Positions 36,268 through 50,571 of a stretch of DNA of 64,000 nucleotides are shown piece after piece. Under the pieces are notes generated by a model. It did not search any database and had not been told where the DNA came from. It saw only the letters and a program-made list of their open reading frames with translations. The position numbers were made by a program, and so were the translations under genes. Within the stretch, counting starts at the first letter, position 1. Each line of letters opens with the position of its first letter. Location: positions 1 to 64,000 of the forward strand of contig JABANN010000004.1 in NCBI GenBank assembly GCA_013115125.1, given 5' to 3'. The stretch comes from Perkinsus olseni. Its lineage: Eukaryota.

Positions 36268-39200
36268 ATGTCCTCATTGATGTCCAGCGATGGTTGTCCT
36301 GCTGAGGGGCCGGAAGAGATCGCTCCTGTGGCGGTGGCCGTGGACGTCGACGGAAAGGACGAAAATCCTGCGAAGACAACAAATTCAGCGGAGCGACACC
36401 ACAAGGATCAGCACTTCTATGTCTCACTGTGTCGAAAGGAGTGGTGGCATTGGCGGACGAGGGTAGCTCTGTTTCACCCCTTTCGAGGAAGCTTCTCGAC
36501 TCAGGGCCAAGTGTACTGGAGCCCGTCGCATATTACGGTTGATAAGGGCGATTACGTCAGCTTTGGCTGGTCCCCACCCGCCCCTCCGGGTGCGATGTTC
36601 CACAAAGAGCATCCACTTGAGGTTGATGACAAGGATAGGCTTCTCGTTAATGTAGTTGTCCATGGTTGTTTGTTCTTAGACGAAGAGTTCACCGTATAGG
36701 TCATATCGGCGAACGAAGACGGCAGCCCGATGGATGCTGCTTCGGCTCCTGTTTACAGTGGGGAGCCCCGTCTAGCAGGTGGTTTAGCCGGGCATTCACT
36801 GCCAAGCAACGGCGCTATCTCAGGAACATACACCTTCCAATTCACCGACCCCGGGAAGACGGTGGTTACGTCAACTAATCGAGATTTGCATCTTCGCTGC
36901 GAAATTAAAGTAGGTCGAGTCACGCGTGTGAAGATCTTCATATCACTGTTCATGGCGTCTGTTGCAGTGTCTCACAGACCAGCAATGGCGAGTCAATAGG
37001 GCCCTCAAGATACTTGGCGGAGTTCTGGCGGTGGCAGCCTTCGTCGCTGTATTGGTGGTGATGAGTAAGTCTATTCCAACAGTGGGGATGCTCCAGTCGG
37101 TTTCACAGTCATCGGCATCCCAAAGCTGTTCGAACCGATCATATCCTGTAACACTGCACAGCAATGGTGCCGAGTACTGCAGGACATCAGAGAGGACACT
37201 GTGGATAGCTCCCTTCCGGTGACGTCCGACGATGGTTCGGGATGGCACATGCTGTCTTCACAGGTTATGGTCTTTTCTGCAATCATGGCTGTCGCAGCAC
37301 CGGCGTTTGTAGGGCATCCCTTATACCTTCCGGGTTGTACTAATAATTCTGATCAGGTGCTCTTCCGCACTCTGTTCCTGGAGAGGCCACTCCTGGCCTC
37401 CTTCGGACGCGGGTTCCACTCTAAGTGGTCGACGTTAATGATGCTTCTCCTCTACTTCCTCACGATTGCTGTCATTGTGGTAGGGCATCTATCGCAGTGC
37501 GAAGGATTCCTGATGCTCTCTGTTGCAGATAACAGCTCTCTCCTGGACGTATCAAGTTCGGGTCATCAGAGGTTGGGACGAGTTTCTACAGATTCTGGAT
37601 AAGTTCGTAACGGAGATGAGTGAGCCTTCCCCAGGGAGAGGTTCCATCCACCCGAATGTTCCTCAGCCTCATCTCTCGATGCTATGGTGATGTTATTGGA
37701 GGAAGTGCTCAGCCATCAGGACGTGCTGGACAAGCTAGCGTCAACGGGCATCGACATAAGCACGATATCTCAGTCACTGCTGGACGTCTATTCGACTGTA
37801 GCGAGGAGATTCGCCAATGTGCGTCCAAGAGTGGTCATTCCCCAGGTTAGCGAGACATCCAAGCAGTACCTTGATACTGGAACTTCACTGATGGTATCGA
37901 TTGTGCGAATACGGCTGGGTGAGACGCGCGAGCGCCTCCGGTTGCTTGGATGGTGATACACTCTCAGGCTTCCTCTTTGTTGGAGTGGAGATCGCCCTTC
38001 TCTGTGTAGCCAGTGCTATAGCGGTCATGGCCAGCAGGAGGTAGTTCGGATGCCTCTCCCTCATTGTCACAGGCGAGTGTGTTAGGTTCCAACGCTTCGC
38101 CACTGTAGAGGCCCTCCTTATGGTGGGTATCGTGTTCTCCTCCTTGTCTGTAGTGACCAGCATGACCAGTTACTTCTTACTGGACCATACGTAAGCTCCC
38201 GCGGGTAGTCCTGCCTTCGTCATTATGAGCCTTATCACAAGGTACGATAAAGTGCTCGCCAAACCAGTGGATGAGACAGGTACGCTTTAGGGGTGGACGA
38301 GTGGGTGATAGCGATAGGCTGCTCGGCTCAGGCACAGCGACTACGATCGTCGGAGCGGCCCTTGCGTTCTGTTCCGCTGATGACTTCAACCTACCTTACG
38401 AGGATGTGGTAGGTCTAGCAGCTCTCGAGCACGAATGGGGACCACTACTTCTAGGTGGTGCCGCTTCGAAGCCTTGTTGATAACTGTAGCGGCTGCAGAG
38501 TGCCTCAGTGGGTGGTACCTACTACTACAGGAGAAGTTCGAGAGTAAGCCTCGCTGCTGCAACCGCTGAAGCTACTGCCTGGCCTTCAGCTTGCTTGCCA
38601 TTGTATACGAGAATATCAACAGTCTGAGGTCGGACCTGTTCATCGGGAGATACGGTCTCACTTTTGCCGACTCGGTAGTGGGATGCGTGGAAGATGATAG
38701 TACACGATCCCATTTTCTCTCGAGCAGGCGGTGCTCGAGGGTCTGGCGCAAGTCCTGCGGATAACTGTGGAGCTGGTGGAGTGCTCTTCTCTTGACGGGT
38801 AGGCGATCAGTTAGAGTGGCATGGTAGTATCACTTATGGCTGCTGCATCAGGTATATCCGGGCGACGATAGGGTCCCTTAAGCAGGATATCATAGATCCC
38901 CTGCACTCTTTGTCCTCTACTGATCTGACACTCTCATTGGTGGGTTACACTGCCTCCGTCTGTTGTTGTGGTAGTAGCTCTCGTTTACCACAGATCCAGC
39001 TGGTTATGTTGGTATGCTTCGTAGTGGCTCGCTATATATTTGACCGTCGAAGGAAGTATTGGTGGGAGGTCTCTAGTGGGAGATGGTTCCGCTTCCGCTT
39101 CTCTTATCATGCTCATAAGCAACTTGTCAACGAGAAGTAAGTCCCCGGGGTGTCCAACGCTCTGTATATATTCCCTTCATTTGGTCGCACTATGATGATT

Positions 39201-41699
39201 TGGTACCATTTCTGTACCTTCGGGGCCACTACGCCCGACACACATGATGAAACGGTCGTCTCACGATGAGGCTGGCTAGCCCCAGTTAAGGTCTTTCTAT
39301 ATCCCTTCATTCTTCACAGGGGGTCCGCATGGATCTAGGAGTCTTGCAGGTATGGTGGGATTCCTCCAGGTGGGCAGCGCTGGCAACACCCGCCGCACAA
39401 CCAGCTCACACTGCATCAGGCTATGTTCATGTGGACCATGGTGAGCAGCAACTGTCTGTCTTTCTGGACTACTGAGTGGATCTCTGCGATGCTTCAGGCG
39501 GCCTACATCTTGTTATTGTGTAATTCCTACCTCGCTACTTCACTGGAGATGATCGGTGGCGTGCTGGCAGTGGCACAGCTCCTCACAGCGATGGCTGGGC
39601 TTACGTCGATAGCCTGGGTTGGGGTTGGCAAGGGCTGGCATGGTCGAATGTGGAGGTCGAGTGAGTCTAGTGCAGCCGTAGTAGTGTGCAGCAATGCGTT
39701 GCTTCCTACAGGTTTGGTCCCGAGGGTTGTCACTGTAGCCCTCGCCGCTGCCACGAGTATCACTCTAGCTGCCACCGCGTAAGTTATGCGCTGCCTTGGA
39801 ATGATGCCGAGCTATCTCCTTGCAGGGGCATCCACTCGGGAAGGCTGGCTGACTGCAACAACCAAGTGGAACGGTGCCCGATGTCCACCATGGTCTATCA
39901 TAGTGAAGGTGGTGACACTCCATGGCTTTCCCGATCATAGCAGGTCTCCAGGTGTATATTATGCCACTGTGATGGCTACCATTGCTTTGGTCACGACCGT
40001 GCTTTCTGAGCTCTCGCTGGGTCCATGGTTCACCACTGCTGCGCTCACACTTAAGGAGGTCGATGTGGCCGAGAGACACTTGGGCTCTACTGATGTAAGA
40101 TAGTGTAGCGGGGGGATACCGAGGGACTGCTGGTGACTATTAGGCGATTGCTAGCGCATTACAGCTGCACACGAAGGGCCGAGTCATGACGGGTATCATG
40201 GCGCTGATCTTTCCTGCCGCCCTGTTTGGTGGTATATGGGCACTGTAAGACCCCAGTGCGTACCAGGGTGTAGGGGTGCATTTCACCTTGGTAGGGCGCG
40301 GGATCCGCTGGTTTTCGAGAACGTCTCCTTCACGGCCTTGGCTGGCGGCCCGAGGTTCCAAACGGGTGAGTGCCGCGCCCCCCTCCTGCTGCAGGAGTCC
40401 TGCAACCGGATGAGTATTCTCAGGTCGTGAACTTGTCAGCAGCGCGGAGTTGACGCCAGCTCCTCAGGGGGAGCCAGGAGGCTGTAATGGACTGGTGGTG
40501 AACTGCCAGAAGACCGTCGTACAGGTAGTGGCGCCCTCAGGGGTACTTCGGGAGAGGTCCTTGAGCGGTCAGATTGCATTGCCGTCGACTCATAATAGCT
40601 TCTCGTCCCTTCAAGACAGGTTTGTACTACCAAACCACTACTTCAATATAAAGCGACAAGTAACGAGACTGCGATAGCGACTTTTGTGTTTCCACAACCC
40701 TTATCGCTTCCTCAGCTGGACCATGGTATTCGCGGCCTGTTGCTGGACATCTACCCCCACAACAGCACCGCCGAGACACCACTACGGCTCTGCCATGGTA
40801 TGTGTGTCCTCGGTGCATTGACTCTACGAGAGGAGATGCAGATAGTGGCCGACTGGCTGGCCGCCAACCCGCGGGAGGTAGACCATGTCGCGTACCTGTC
40901 TATAGGGAAGTCACTTTACAGGTTATCATGCTGGTGAATGAGTATTATGGCGAGACCTTTGCTGCCTTGGAGGCTGCGATGGAGCCCTTGGTTCCCTACA
41001 TGTATGTCCATCCCGATTCCCAGAACGAGACTATGAGGATCCAGAGGCTGGCTGTACGGTCACCGTGGCCAACTCTGCAGGAAATGATCGATACCAATAA
41101 GAGAGTACGGACGAGTGTGTGGCTTCCTTCCGGCGAGGGTGTGTAGTAGGTTGTTGTTATCGACCAGCATGATTGTTATACAACCAACAATAACAGCTTC
41201 GATGGGTGCCCTGCCTGGTGAGCTGGTCCGACTCGCGGCCTGCTCCGATGTGACTCTCAGGGACCACAACTTCTTCCAGTTCACCGCGGAGAACAACTAC
41301 GCGTGGCAGACGAGCGAGATGCTCAACTGCACCATCAGTGCTCGAAGTAAGGTCGGGAGTCCCGACTCGGGACTATCTCAGTAAGTGCATGTCATCAATT
41401 CAGGTAGCAAGTTCGAGTTCATCAGCGAGGACATTCTGAATTCGTCGGACCTGAGCGCTGTACAGAATCGGCTGATTTTCGTTAACCACTTCCTGTCCAT
41501 ACCAGTGCCCTTCCCCTTGACAGCCCTCGAGGTCAATAAGGATGATCTGATGAGGGAAGTGCTTGATAACTGCACTGCTGAGTGGAGCGGTCACATCCCC
41601 TCGATGATAGCTGTGGATTTCTGGTCCATTGGTAACATAGCCCATGTCACACATGATTACAACAGAGACCATAGTCTCCCTGGTAGCACGGACCGATGA
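36268..41699 (+). CDS. Large multi-pass membrane protein with N-terminal cupredoxin-like domain and C-terminal PI-PLC X-type phosphodiesterase (may be more than one gene)
   Basis: WSPSHITVDKGDYVSFGW...GTYTFQFTDPGK; many hydrophobic exons at 37.0-40.3 kb; then CNGLVVNC...LPSTHNSFS...RQLDHGIRGLLLDIY...LCHGMC...DWLAANPREV...WPTLQEMIDTNKR...IAVDFW. Confidence 0.65.
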
Positions 41700-42253
41700 C
41701 CGTGATGCTTCTCGTCTTCTACGTTTTACAGCATTCTACTTTTTCCTTTACATGACCATCCATATGCTTGTGCTATCAGCTGTTGTGCTTCTCGAGCTGT
41801 TGCGTTCTAGACTGTTACAGATTGGTCGCGTGGATTCGGCTTTACCTGTCAGAGTTCGTCGCGCCGTTGATCGCGCCCGCCCACGTGATCGATTTTGAGA
41901 TAGTTTTGGGGTGGCTTCGCCTTTTTTGACTTCTTAATGCCGTGTAGCCGCACCATCAGCGTCATTTTTTACTACATAGAGAGCTTGTCGATACCTCCGG
42001 ACCGGGGGCACGGGCAACTAGGCGGTCTCTGCACCACCACCGTTGGCAGAGTACTTTTTGAAACTTTTGACCTCCACCGTGGCGTGGCGCCTAAGTCGTG
42101 CTGCTGGTCGTGGTGCTTACGTCTGCCTTGCCCCCAAGAGAGTAGTAATTAGATCATATATCGCATGACCCATACGGCTTGTCAGTGGTGGTAAATTGTT
42201 GTTGTTTTCAGCTCTGCTCATTTCTAGTACCATCACCTCTTCGAGGCTCACCA

Positions 42254-45200
42254 ATGTCCACAATAGAGAAGGACGAGCTCGCACAGTCAGTGCAGAATCG
42301 CGTCGATGCTGCCGCTACTGCGGACAAGGCGACTCCTGAGAACCATGAGGGTAGTAGAGAAGGTGATCGGGCGCGAAGGGGTGGAGAGTCCTCGGGCAGG
42401 TTTGAGTAAATCGGCGTTGAAGAAGCTGAAGAAGCAGGAGAAGGCGGGTAAGAAGAACAAGATGAGTAAAGAGGAGAAGGAAGCACTATTCCAGGGTACT
42501 TAGGGGCTGGCTCTGCTGCTGTACGGTTGAAGAGATCGGAGTGTCGCAATGAGTTGGTGATAATGTTTTAGGAAAGAATAAGGGCAAAAAAGAGACGAAG
42601 TCTGTGCCTCAGAAGAAGCAGCCTTACGTGAATAAGACTCCTGTCGGTGAGAAGAAGGACATGTCTGAGCCAATGGTAGTAGAGTTTGCGGGAGTTGCTC
42701 GGGGGTCAGTAGCTAGGGCTCGATCCTTTAGGCTGATTCTTACGACCCTGCGGCTGTGGAGTCTGCGTGGTATGACTGGTGGCGTAAGCAGGGATACTTC
42801 CATGCTGATGCTAAGAAGGCCATGAACACCGTGGACTCCCAGAAATTCGTCATGTGCTTGCCTCCTCCTAATGTCACTGGTAAGTGCCTTGCTGGGGCCT
42901 CTTGTGTAGAGTGAGCCTGAGTTAGGTACTCTTCATCTTGGCCACGCTCTTATGTGCTGCATCGAGGACAGCATGACTAGGTGGCATCGGATGATGGGTC
43001 ATCAGACATTGTGGATCCCTGGTAGGCGAAAGACGCACGGGTCCGATGCCTGGTGACAGCGTTTTGCTGTTAATAGGTACGGATCATGCTGGTATCGCCA
43101 CTCAGTCAGTTGTTGAGAATTTGCTTTTGCGTGATGAGGGTCTCTCGAGGCATGACCTGGGTCGCGAGAAGTGAGCCGTTACAGCCCTCGGCTGCCTCCA
43201 ACTGATGTTACGTCCACAGGTTCCTTGAGAAGGTGTGGTCGTGGAAGAACGAGAAGGGTAACACCATCTGCAAACAGATGGAGCGCCTAGCGAGTAATGG
43301 CGATGAATGCCTGTCCTCCGGTGGATAGGAGACCGTTCAGGTTCTCTCGACTGGGATCGTCAGTTCTTCACCATGGACGATAACCTTTCCACGGCTGTCA
43401 AGGAGGCCTTCGTACGCTGCAGTACTTTCGCCTTGGAGACCTCAACTTCCGCTATGGCAGGTTCGGTTCTATGACGAAGGAAAGATTTACCGTGACACTA
43501 GGCTGGTCAATTGGTGTCCCTATCTCCGTACAGCACTCAGTGATCTCGAGGTTGATCATATCGATATCGAGAAGAGGACTCTTCTTTCGGTGAGGCTGCT
43601 TGATCTCTCTAGTGCCGCTGTATTAGTTTTACTATCAGGTGCCTGGCCTTCCTGACGCCAAGGTAGAGGTCGGTGTTTTGGTCGAGTTCAAGTACCCCTT
43701 GAAGGAGGACCCTACCCAGTAGAACCACGAGCTGTGGTATGGTTGGGAATCGACTGATCTTCTGTAGGTTTGTTCACATCGCCACTACACGTTTGGAGAC
43801 TATGCTCGGTGATGTTGCTGTGGCTGTGAACCCTAAGGATGATCGTTTTACTCACCTTATCGGCAAGGAGCTCGTCCACCCCTTCGTTCCCGATAGGAAG
43901 ATGGTTGTCATTGCTGATGACTACGTCTCCATGGACTTCGGTACTGGTTGTGTGAAGATCACCCCAGCTCACGATCCTAACGATTTTGCTATTGGTCGTC
44001 GACATCATTTGCCGGAGATCAACATTCTCAATGATGACGGTAATACGGTCGTCCATTGCATTGGTGGCGTGGTAGGGGAAGAGCTCAGGCACTATGAACG
44101 ATAACTGCGGGGAGTTTGCCGGCCAACACCGATTCATCGCTCGGAGGACTGTCGAGGAACGCCTTAAGGAGCTGGGCCTCTTCGTCGGCAAGACCGACAA
44201 CGCCATGAAGGTGAAGCTCGCCATCATTATTGATATTTTCCTTGGAAGTTGCACGTTGTTGTAGGTGCCTCTGTGCTCCAAGTCGAAGGATATTGTGGAG
44301 CCCGTACTGAAGCCTCAGTGGTGGATGGACTGCAGCAAGGAGGCTGCCCGTGGTGTAGGGGGGGCTACTCCGAACTTACTTGGTTACTGCCCCCCGACAT
44401 CAGGTGCAAGCCGTGAAGGAGGGCAAGCTGAAGATTGAGCCCAGCTATTACGAGGGCACTTGGTTCAATTGGCTCGAGAACATCCGCGACTGGTGCGTGT
44501 CCCGTCAGCTGTGGTGGGGCCATCGCATTCCCGCCTACAAGGTGGTCAAGCCGTCCTACCCCGAGGAGCAGTGGTAAGCCTGTATGAGTTGAGCAGATCA
44601 GGTGGAGCAGTGCGCTTTCGTAGGTTCGTCGGCCGGGATGAGGCTGAGGCTTTGAAGCGGGCATCTGAGAAGCTCGGCCTGCCGGAGAGCGATCTTGTAT
44701 TGGCCCAGGATCCTGATGTTCTTGATACTTGGTAGGCGTAGAGCCGTGGTGGCCTGCGGTGAGTTTGCCTCGTCTAGGTTCTCAAGTGGACTTCTGCCCA
44801 TGTCTGCTCTCGGATGGCCCGACATGAACACTGATGACATGAAGGCGTTCTTCCCCAGCTCTGTCCTAGAGACTGGACATGATATCCTCTTCTTCTGGGT
44901 GGCACGTATGGTGATGATGTCCTTGGCCCTCACTGATGAGCTCCCCTTCCACACCATCTGCTTGCATGCTATGGTAAGCCCTCTATACGCTTGCTGCTCC
45001 TCCCACTGTACGCCCTGCAGGTCCGTGATGCTCATGGTCGTAAAATGTCGAAGTCCCTTGGTAACGTTATCGATCCCCTGGAGGTCATGTCCGGTATTGG
45101 CCTCCCAGAGCTTCAGGAGAAGCTCAAGCATGGTAAGGTCGGGTCGGTCTGATCTGTGCCCTCCTTCGATGCCTTTGTGATGCGTCTTGCTACGGTAGGT

Positions 45201-46779
45201 AACCTTCCTGAGAAGGAGATCAAGAAGGCCATGAAGGGCCAGGAGAAGGATTTCCCTGATGGAATTCCTGAGTGCGGCTCTGATGCTCTCAGGTATTGCT
45301 AGCTGATTCTGCTCCACCCAGCAATCACTGTTCTATAGGTTTGGTCTCCTCGCGTACACTGGCCAGGCCCGGAGTGTTAATCTTGACATCAACAGGGTGG
45401 TATCTTATCGTTACTTCTGCAACAAGTAGGCGGGGCCTTGGATACGGTTCGCGGTTCCTTCCTTGAATGCTAGCTTCTTGAAGTCTACTCTTCGAGGCTA
45501 TGCGTGTAGGCGTATCCATCTTCAGGTTGTGGAACGTGATGAAGTTCGCTTTACCTAACTTCGGTGAGAACTTCAAGTCTCGAGGCCTCCCTCTGGATGC
45601 CAAGCTCGAGTGGGAGGACAAGTGGATCCTCTCGAGGTGATATCCCCTCCCCCTACCGTCATCTCTATTCATGTCTCCCCTTAGACTCTCCGAGGCCGCG
45701 GGTGCTGCCAACAAGGGTATCAAGGACTTCAGCTTCAGCGACGCCACTACGGCCACCTACAACTTCTGGCTCTACGATTTCTGTGACTACTACCTGGAAC
45801 TGGTCAAGAAGCGCTTCCGTGCTCTTGAGGGTACCGATTCTGAGGAGCTCCGGGTCGCGAGGGAGGTAGGGATCTGCTGCAGTGCTTCTCTCTCAGAACA
45901 GGACAGTATGAGCTCGTGCTAGGTATTGTACATATGCCTTGACCGTGGTCTGAGGCTCCTCCATCCTCTGCTTCCCTTCGTCACTGAGGAGCTCTATCAG
46001 AGGATCCCTGATGGTATCACCAAGGCGGAGTCCATCGTCATTGCCGAGTGAGCTGTCACCTCTTTGCGGGACCGTGCTTCATGACATTCTTCTCAGCTAC
46101 CCCCAGCCTGTGATGTCCTGGAGGAACCTCGCCGCCGAGGAAGAGATGGAACTCCTTCAGTCCACCACCTCTTCCTTGAGGTACCAGAGGCGTCTCAGTG
46201 GGATTTGTGGGAGGTGTGGTATCTCAGGTCGCAGGCTACATCACTCGGGTTGCCCCCGAAGGCAAGGCCTCATGCGTACATCCGTGCTGCGGACCCCGAG
46301 GCCCGACGCGTGTTGCCTAAGATTGCCGATCACATTGCTACTATGGCCAAGCTCTCTTCCCTCAATGTCATTGATGATGCTAGTGAGGCTCCCGCAGGGT
46401 GAGCTTTGCGAAGTTCCCCGGCTCTCCGGTATTGCTGTGCCTTCAGGACTATTGCCAACGTCGTGTCCGAGCATGTGACCACCTTCATGGAAGTTGCCGG
46501 ACTCGTCGACCTCGCCGCTGAGCTTAAGAAGCTCGAGAAAAAGATGGGCGTTACCCAGCACAACTTGCAGACTTACGTGTCCAAGAGGGAGGTAGTAGCC
46601 TTATGATGGCTCGGTGGGACCCTAGAGGCAACTCTGATTAGATGCCTGACTACGAGGAGAAGGTGCCCCCGCAAGTTCGTCATGCCAATGCTGCTAAGGA
46701 GGAGTCCTATAGGGCCGAGCTAACTGAGCAGGAGAAGGTGATCGCTCAGATCAAGGCAGCCATGGAAGCCACCGCATAG
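42254..46779 (+). CDS. VARS1: Valyl-tRNA synthetase (cytosolic type), many introns
   Basis: [15 protein letters not shown] (HIGH), [63 protein letters not shown] and a C-terminal coiled coil. Confidence 0.97.
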
Positions 46780-47239
46780 ATGAACTATTGCTAACGTTAC
46801 TGTAGAGTACTTGTCCCTCCATCATCATCATCATTCCTGTATGTTCTGTGGACGTAGCACGATGGTCGATGCTGCCTTGTTTCTATTGCGTCTGGAGGTG
46901 CGATCTGTTCTATAAGAGCAGCAGCTGCCTTCACACGCCTTCGCACGATATATTCCTTTCAATGGTGGTGTTCAGTGGTCAATCAGGGAGAGTTTTGAAC
47001 GCTTCTTGTCGTGCTGGCAGTCCCTATCAGTGCTTACCACTCCTCACCAACCACTTGATGGTTTCCCTCTTCTCCAATGACTCCTGTGTTCATGATGGAG
47101 CGGTATGGTAGTACGGGAGGCCTCCACTGATTTTCGTCCCGTTGGTCGTTGGAGGGTCGGCTTCTCTCCTCGTGCGCTGCGTCGAATGTCTTCCTCTTGT
47201 CGAGCATGCCAGCCCGAGGCTGATTCGTATCATTTTGCA

Positions 47240-50200
47240 ATGGCCCCCATAGACTACAGCCGCTGGGATAACATTGACTCCGAGTCCGAAGGCGAAGTTG
47301 TCGCCGATTCTACTCGGGTACCCTTTTCCACTTAGGAGGCCGTTCATGGACCAACCGTTGTAGATTCAGTCAAGAGCTCCTGCCAAGGAGGTAAAGCTCC
47401 AGCCTCCTCCCCCTCAATCTGCTGTGTCATCGGCTGAGGTTACGAAAACGGACGATGTAGCAGTAGATGGTTTCAAGCCGACGAACGCTGGCCTTGGAGG
47501 TGGAGGCGGGGAGGAGGCAAAGTAGCCTGTTGGGATGGTCAGTAGTCTGGTGCGGCTCTTCGACTTCGCAGGTCCTGCCGTCCCGCAGCAGAGCTCCTGT
47601 TCAATGCTGTAGTGAAGAAGAAGAAGAAAAAACGTAAGAAAAAGAGCAAGCTCATATGGTACCTCGAGTCTGCTGTGGAGGAAGCTCATAAGCTTGCATT
47701 GGCTCGCCACCCTCCACCAACGCCTCCTACACGATCAAGGTGAGGTTGCGATTGCCATTTACTACAAATGGTTCTTCCTGACAGCCTCGACTCTGACGAG
47801 CCGCCGTCCAGCAGCTCTGGATTGAACGAGCAACATTGCTTCTGTAGTGCGGGCAACGATCGTAATGAGCGGGACGGCGTGCGTAGCTCGACAGGGGGGC
47901 GTTCTCAGCGCACGCTGGTCAGAGGCTGGAGGACCTTCCTGAGATCCAACTGTTACCTCGCTCTCCCGAGAAGCAGGCGGTATTCGTCTGCGGGAGGGAG
48001 GCTTTGCAAAAGCGTAAAAAGCTCCAGAACAAGCTTCCGATGAGGAAGAGGGAAGAAGCCCCCAGAGCTGACAATCCAGCACCACCCGGGCAAAGAGCGG
48101 ATGGGGGAGAGTCTTCCAGAGCGGAGGACGGTCGGTCATCTGGTGAGAAAAAAGGGCTTCCGGGGACTGATGATGGCCAAGTCTCAAAAGCGCTTATGGA
48201 CGGCTCCCTATGCGCCGAGAAGGACGGCTCTCCAATAGCGGCCGAAGGCAGAACGGATGAGGAAAGAGTTCCTGAATTGGGAGAAGAGGGTTCTGTCCTC
48301 GCAGCGATGGAAGTGGGGACCAGGGAAGAAGTGGTCACCGAAAGGCCACCACCCATGGCTGCTGATCGTAGACTGACTTTCGAGGATATTAGGTAGAGGA
48401 TGGCCTCGTTTCTGGGCTGGTGGTTCATGCCTGGTATCAGAGACCGGGACTTCTCCCCATCTGGACTGGTGACGGAGGCGGAGCGTGTTGAGACGCAGTA
48501 TGAGAATGAAGAACGAGTAGGATGAAGATGTCCCTCAGGGATTAGATCCAGCATGGTTCAGTTGGAAGAACTGTACTTCACGTTGAAGTCGGAGAAGGGA
48601 CTTGAGAGCACCATCACTCTAGCTAGCTTCTTCAAGCTCTTTGATGTTTGGATTGGTCTCTATAGGTGAACCGTTTAACACTCTGGAGCGGCCGGATTTG
48701 TGATGGTACTAGTAGGTTGCGGAAGTGCCAAAAAGAGCTGGATGAAGTCCTTCCTGTGTGCCGGAGATTGGGTGACCCATTCAAGCTGAAGGCGGTTCAA
48801 GTGAGGCTTGATGCTTGCACTCTTACCTGAAGCAAGGCCGCTTCTAGGCAGCAGCATTCACAAAATGGAAGCAAGGACATCTCACCGAGGCATTGGCCCT
48901 ATTCAAGGAGATCGAAGAGATCGTTGGAAAGTCCCCGGCGCTGTGCGAAAACATCGGTCACACTTACAAGTCGGTGTCGCGGTGGTTGATGGCGACTCGT
49001 GACCCTGGCATCAGTTCTCTTGGGGCTTTGCATGAGGCTGAACGGTACTTCAAGGAGTCCCTGTCCCTCATAGAGCAACAGGTTATTGACGGTCGTGGGA
49101 CCGAGAGTGACAGGTAGTGCTATTTGCTAGGGATGATAAGGTATAACACAATTTCAGTAATCTTGGTGGCGTCTATCTTGGCCTTGGAATCGTTCTGGAG
49201 CGTCGAGGCCGAGTGAAGGAGGCCCTGCAGTCCTGCAAGAAGGCGCACAAGTTCTATTTAGTAAAGCCAGTTGGGAGTCTTGGCCGCGATGGACTTCGCT
49301 GTGATAGGATAAGTTCGAGGCGGTTGGGGGTTCATCTCTGGTGGCAAAGGCAGGCATGAGCGTCGCTAAGTGCTATATGAAGCTCAATAACCTGGCTAAG
49401 GCGCAGAAGTACGCAGAAGAGGCTGTGGAAATCTTCGAGGTAGCGTGGCTCAGCCAGGAACTGATACTGAGGGTGTTTGCGATTTGTAGCGCACATGTGG
49501 TGAGGACTCGCCTCTGGTGGCGAGCGCTTGCCACACTCTGGGAAAGATAATGTGGAGAAAAGGGAAGAGGGAGGGAGCCAGGGAGAACCTGGAGCGGGCG
49601 TAGGCTGATTCGACAGCGTAGTAGCGTGAGACCACCTCCGACCCTTGGCAGCTACTCTCTGGAGGCGGCCAAGGATGCTGTGGATATTCGGGTGCTCATG
49701 GAGGTCCACAATGAGCTCGTTGAAACTCATACTGAAGGTGAAGGTATTGCTCCACTGGTGAAGAGAGAGGCTAAGCAGGTATCGAGAAAGTTAACAGGCT
49801 GGCCTTTCGGAAGTACATACCTATTGTGGAAGTTGCTACTAAGAATATACAGGAAAACGTCGTGCAGGATGGCAATGCCGCAGTATACTACAAGTTGGCG
49901 GCAGAGTTGTGAGGCACTGCGACGGCGTCTACATCCAGCAATGCGGTCACAAGGTACCTTTGGGGTGGTATGTACGGCGAATGTGTTAAGATGGTGAAGA
50001 TGGCAATCCCTCTGTTCAAGGCAGAGAGAAGTATAAACTGCACATGCTTTGTGGACGTAGGGTCGGGCTTTCGAACATTGTCTTTTGATACTTATAGTAG
50101 GCGTGTGAACGGATGCTGGCCTATGCTGCTAACAATGTGAAGCTTGGAGTTCCTGTTGACCATTTCAACCTTCCCAATACAACGGAAGAGATCAGTCTAC

Positions 50201-50429
50201 CTGAGGATATGGCTGGCACGACGCAGACTTTTGAGGTGAGTTACTCGCCTAGTTCGTCTCGAGTAGAGAGGTGACGCAGATACCGGTGCGAAGCACTCCA
50301 CCCAGCGCTGGTGGTAACGATAGCTCCAGCGAAGAACGGCTGCCTGTCGAAGCAAGCTCGGCGGGTGAAGGCGAAGGACCGTCCAGTCGCGAAAGCGATG
50401 AGTTCTTCGACTGTGAGGAGGATACGTGA
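47240..50429 (+). CDS. TPR-repeat protein with N-terminal DYSRWD motif and C-terminal FFAT motif
   Basis: MAPIDYSRWDNIDSESE start; TPR-like HRGIALFKEIEEIVGKSPALCENIGHTY, EAERYFKESLSL and AGMSVAKCYMKLNNLAKAQKYAEEAVEIFE; ends SRESDEFFDCEEDT*. Confidence 0.65.
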
Positions 50430-50571
50430 ATTCACGTGATGTGTCTGAATCGTAATTGGATTTCATAGCACGCTCTGGTGGCCTCCTCTGTTGCGTTGCG
50501 CTGCTGAGAAGCCCATTGGGGGATCTGCGAGCTGTCATCGGGTCAGTAGGTTTGCCCTTCCCTTCCGTGGA

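Noticed and set aside
41824-41890. Possible structured ncRNA (10-bp stem with G-U pairs) upstream of ValRS
   Set aside because: Weak stem with no snoRNA boxes or tRNA features; compatible with chance.
43260-43345. Apparent non-canonical donor in ValRS
   Set aside because: Resolved by a canonical GT-AG intron giving ERLASSLDWDR.
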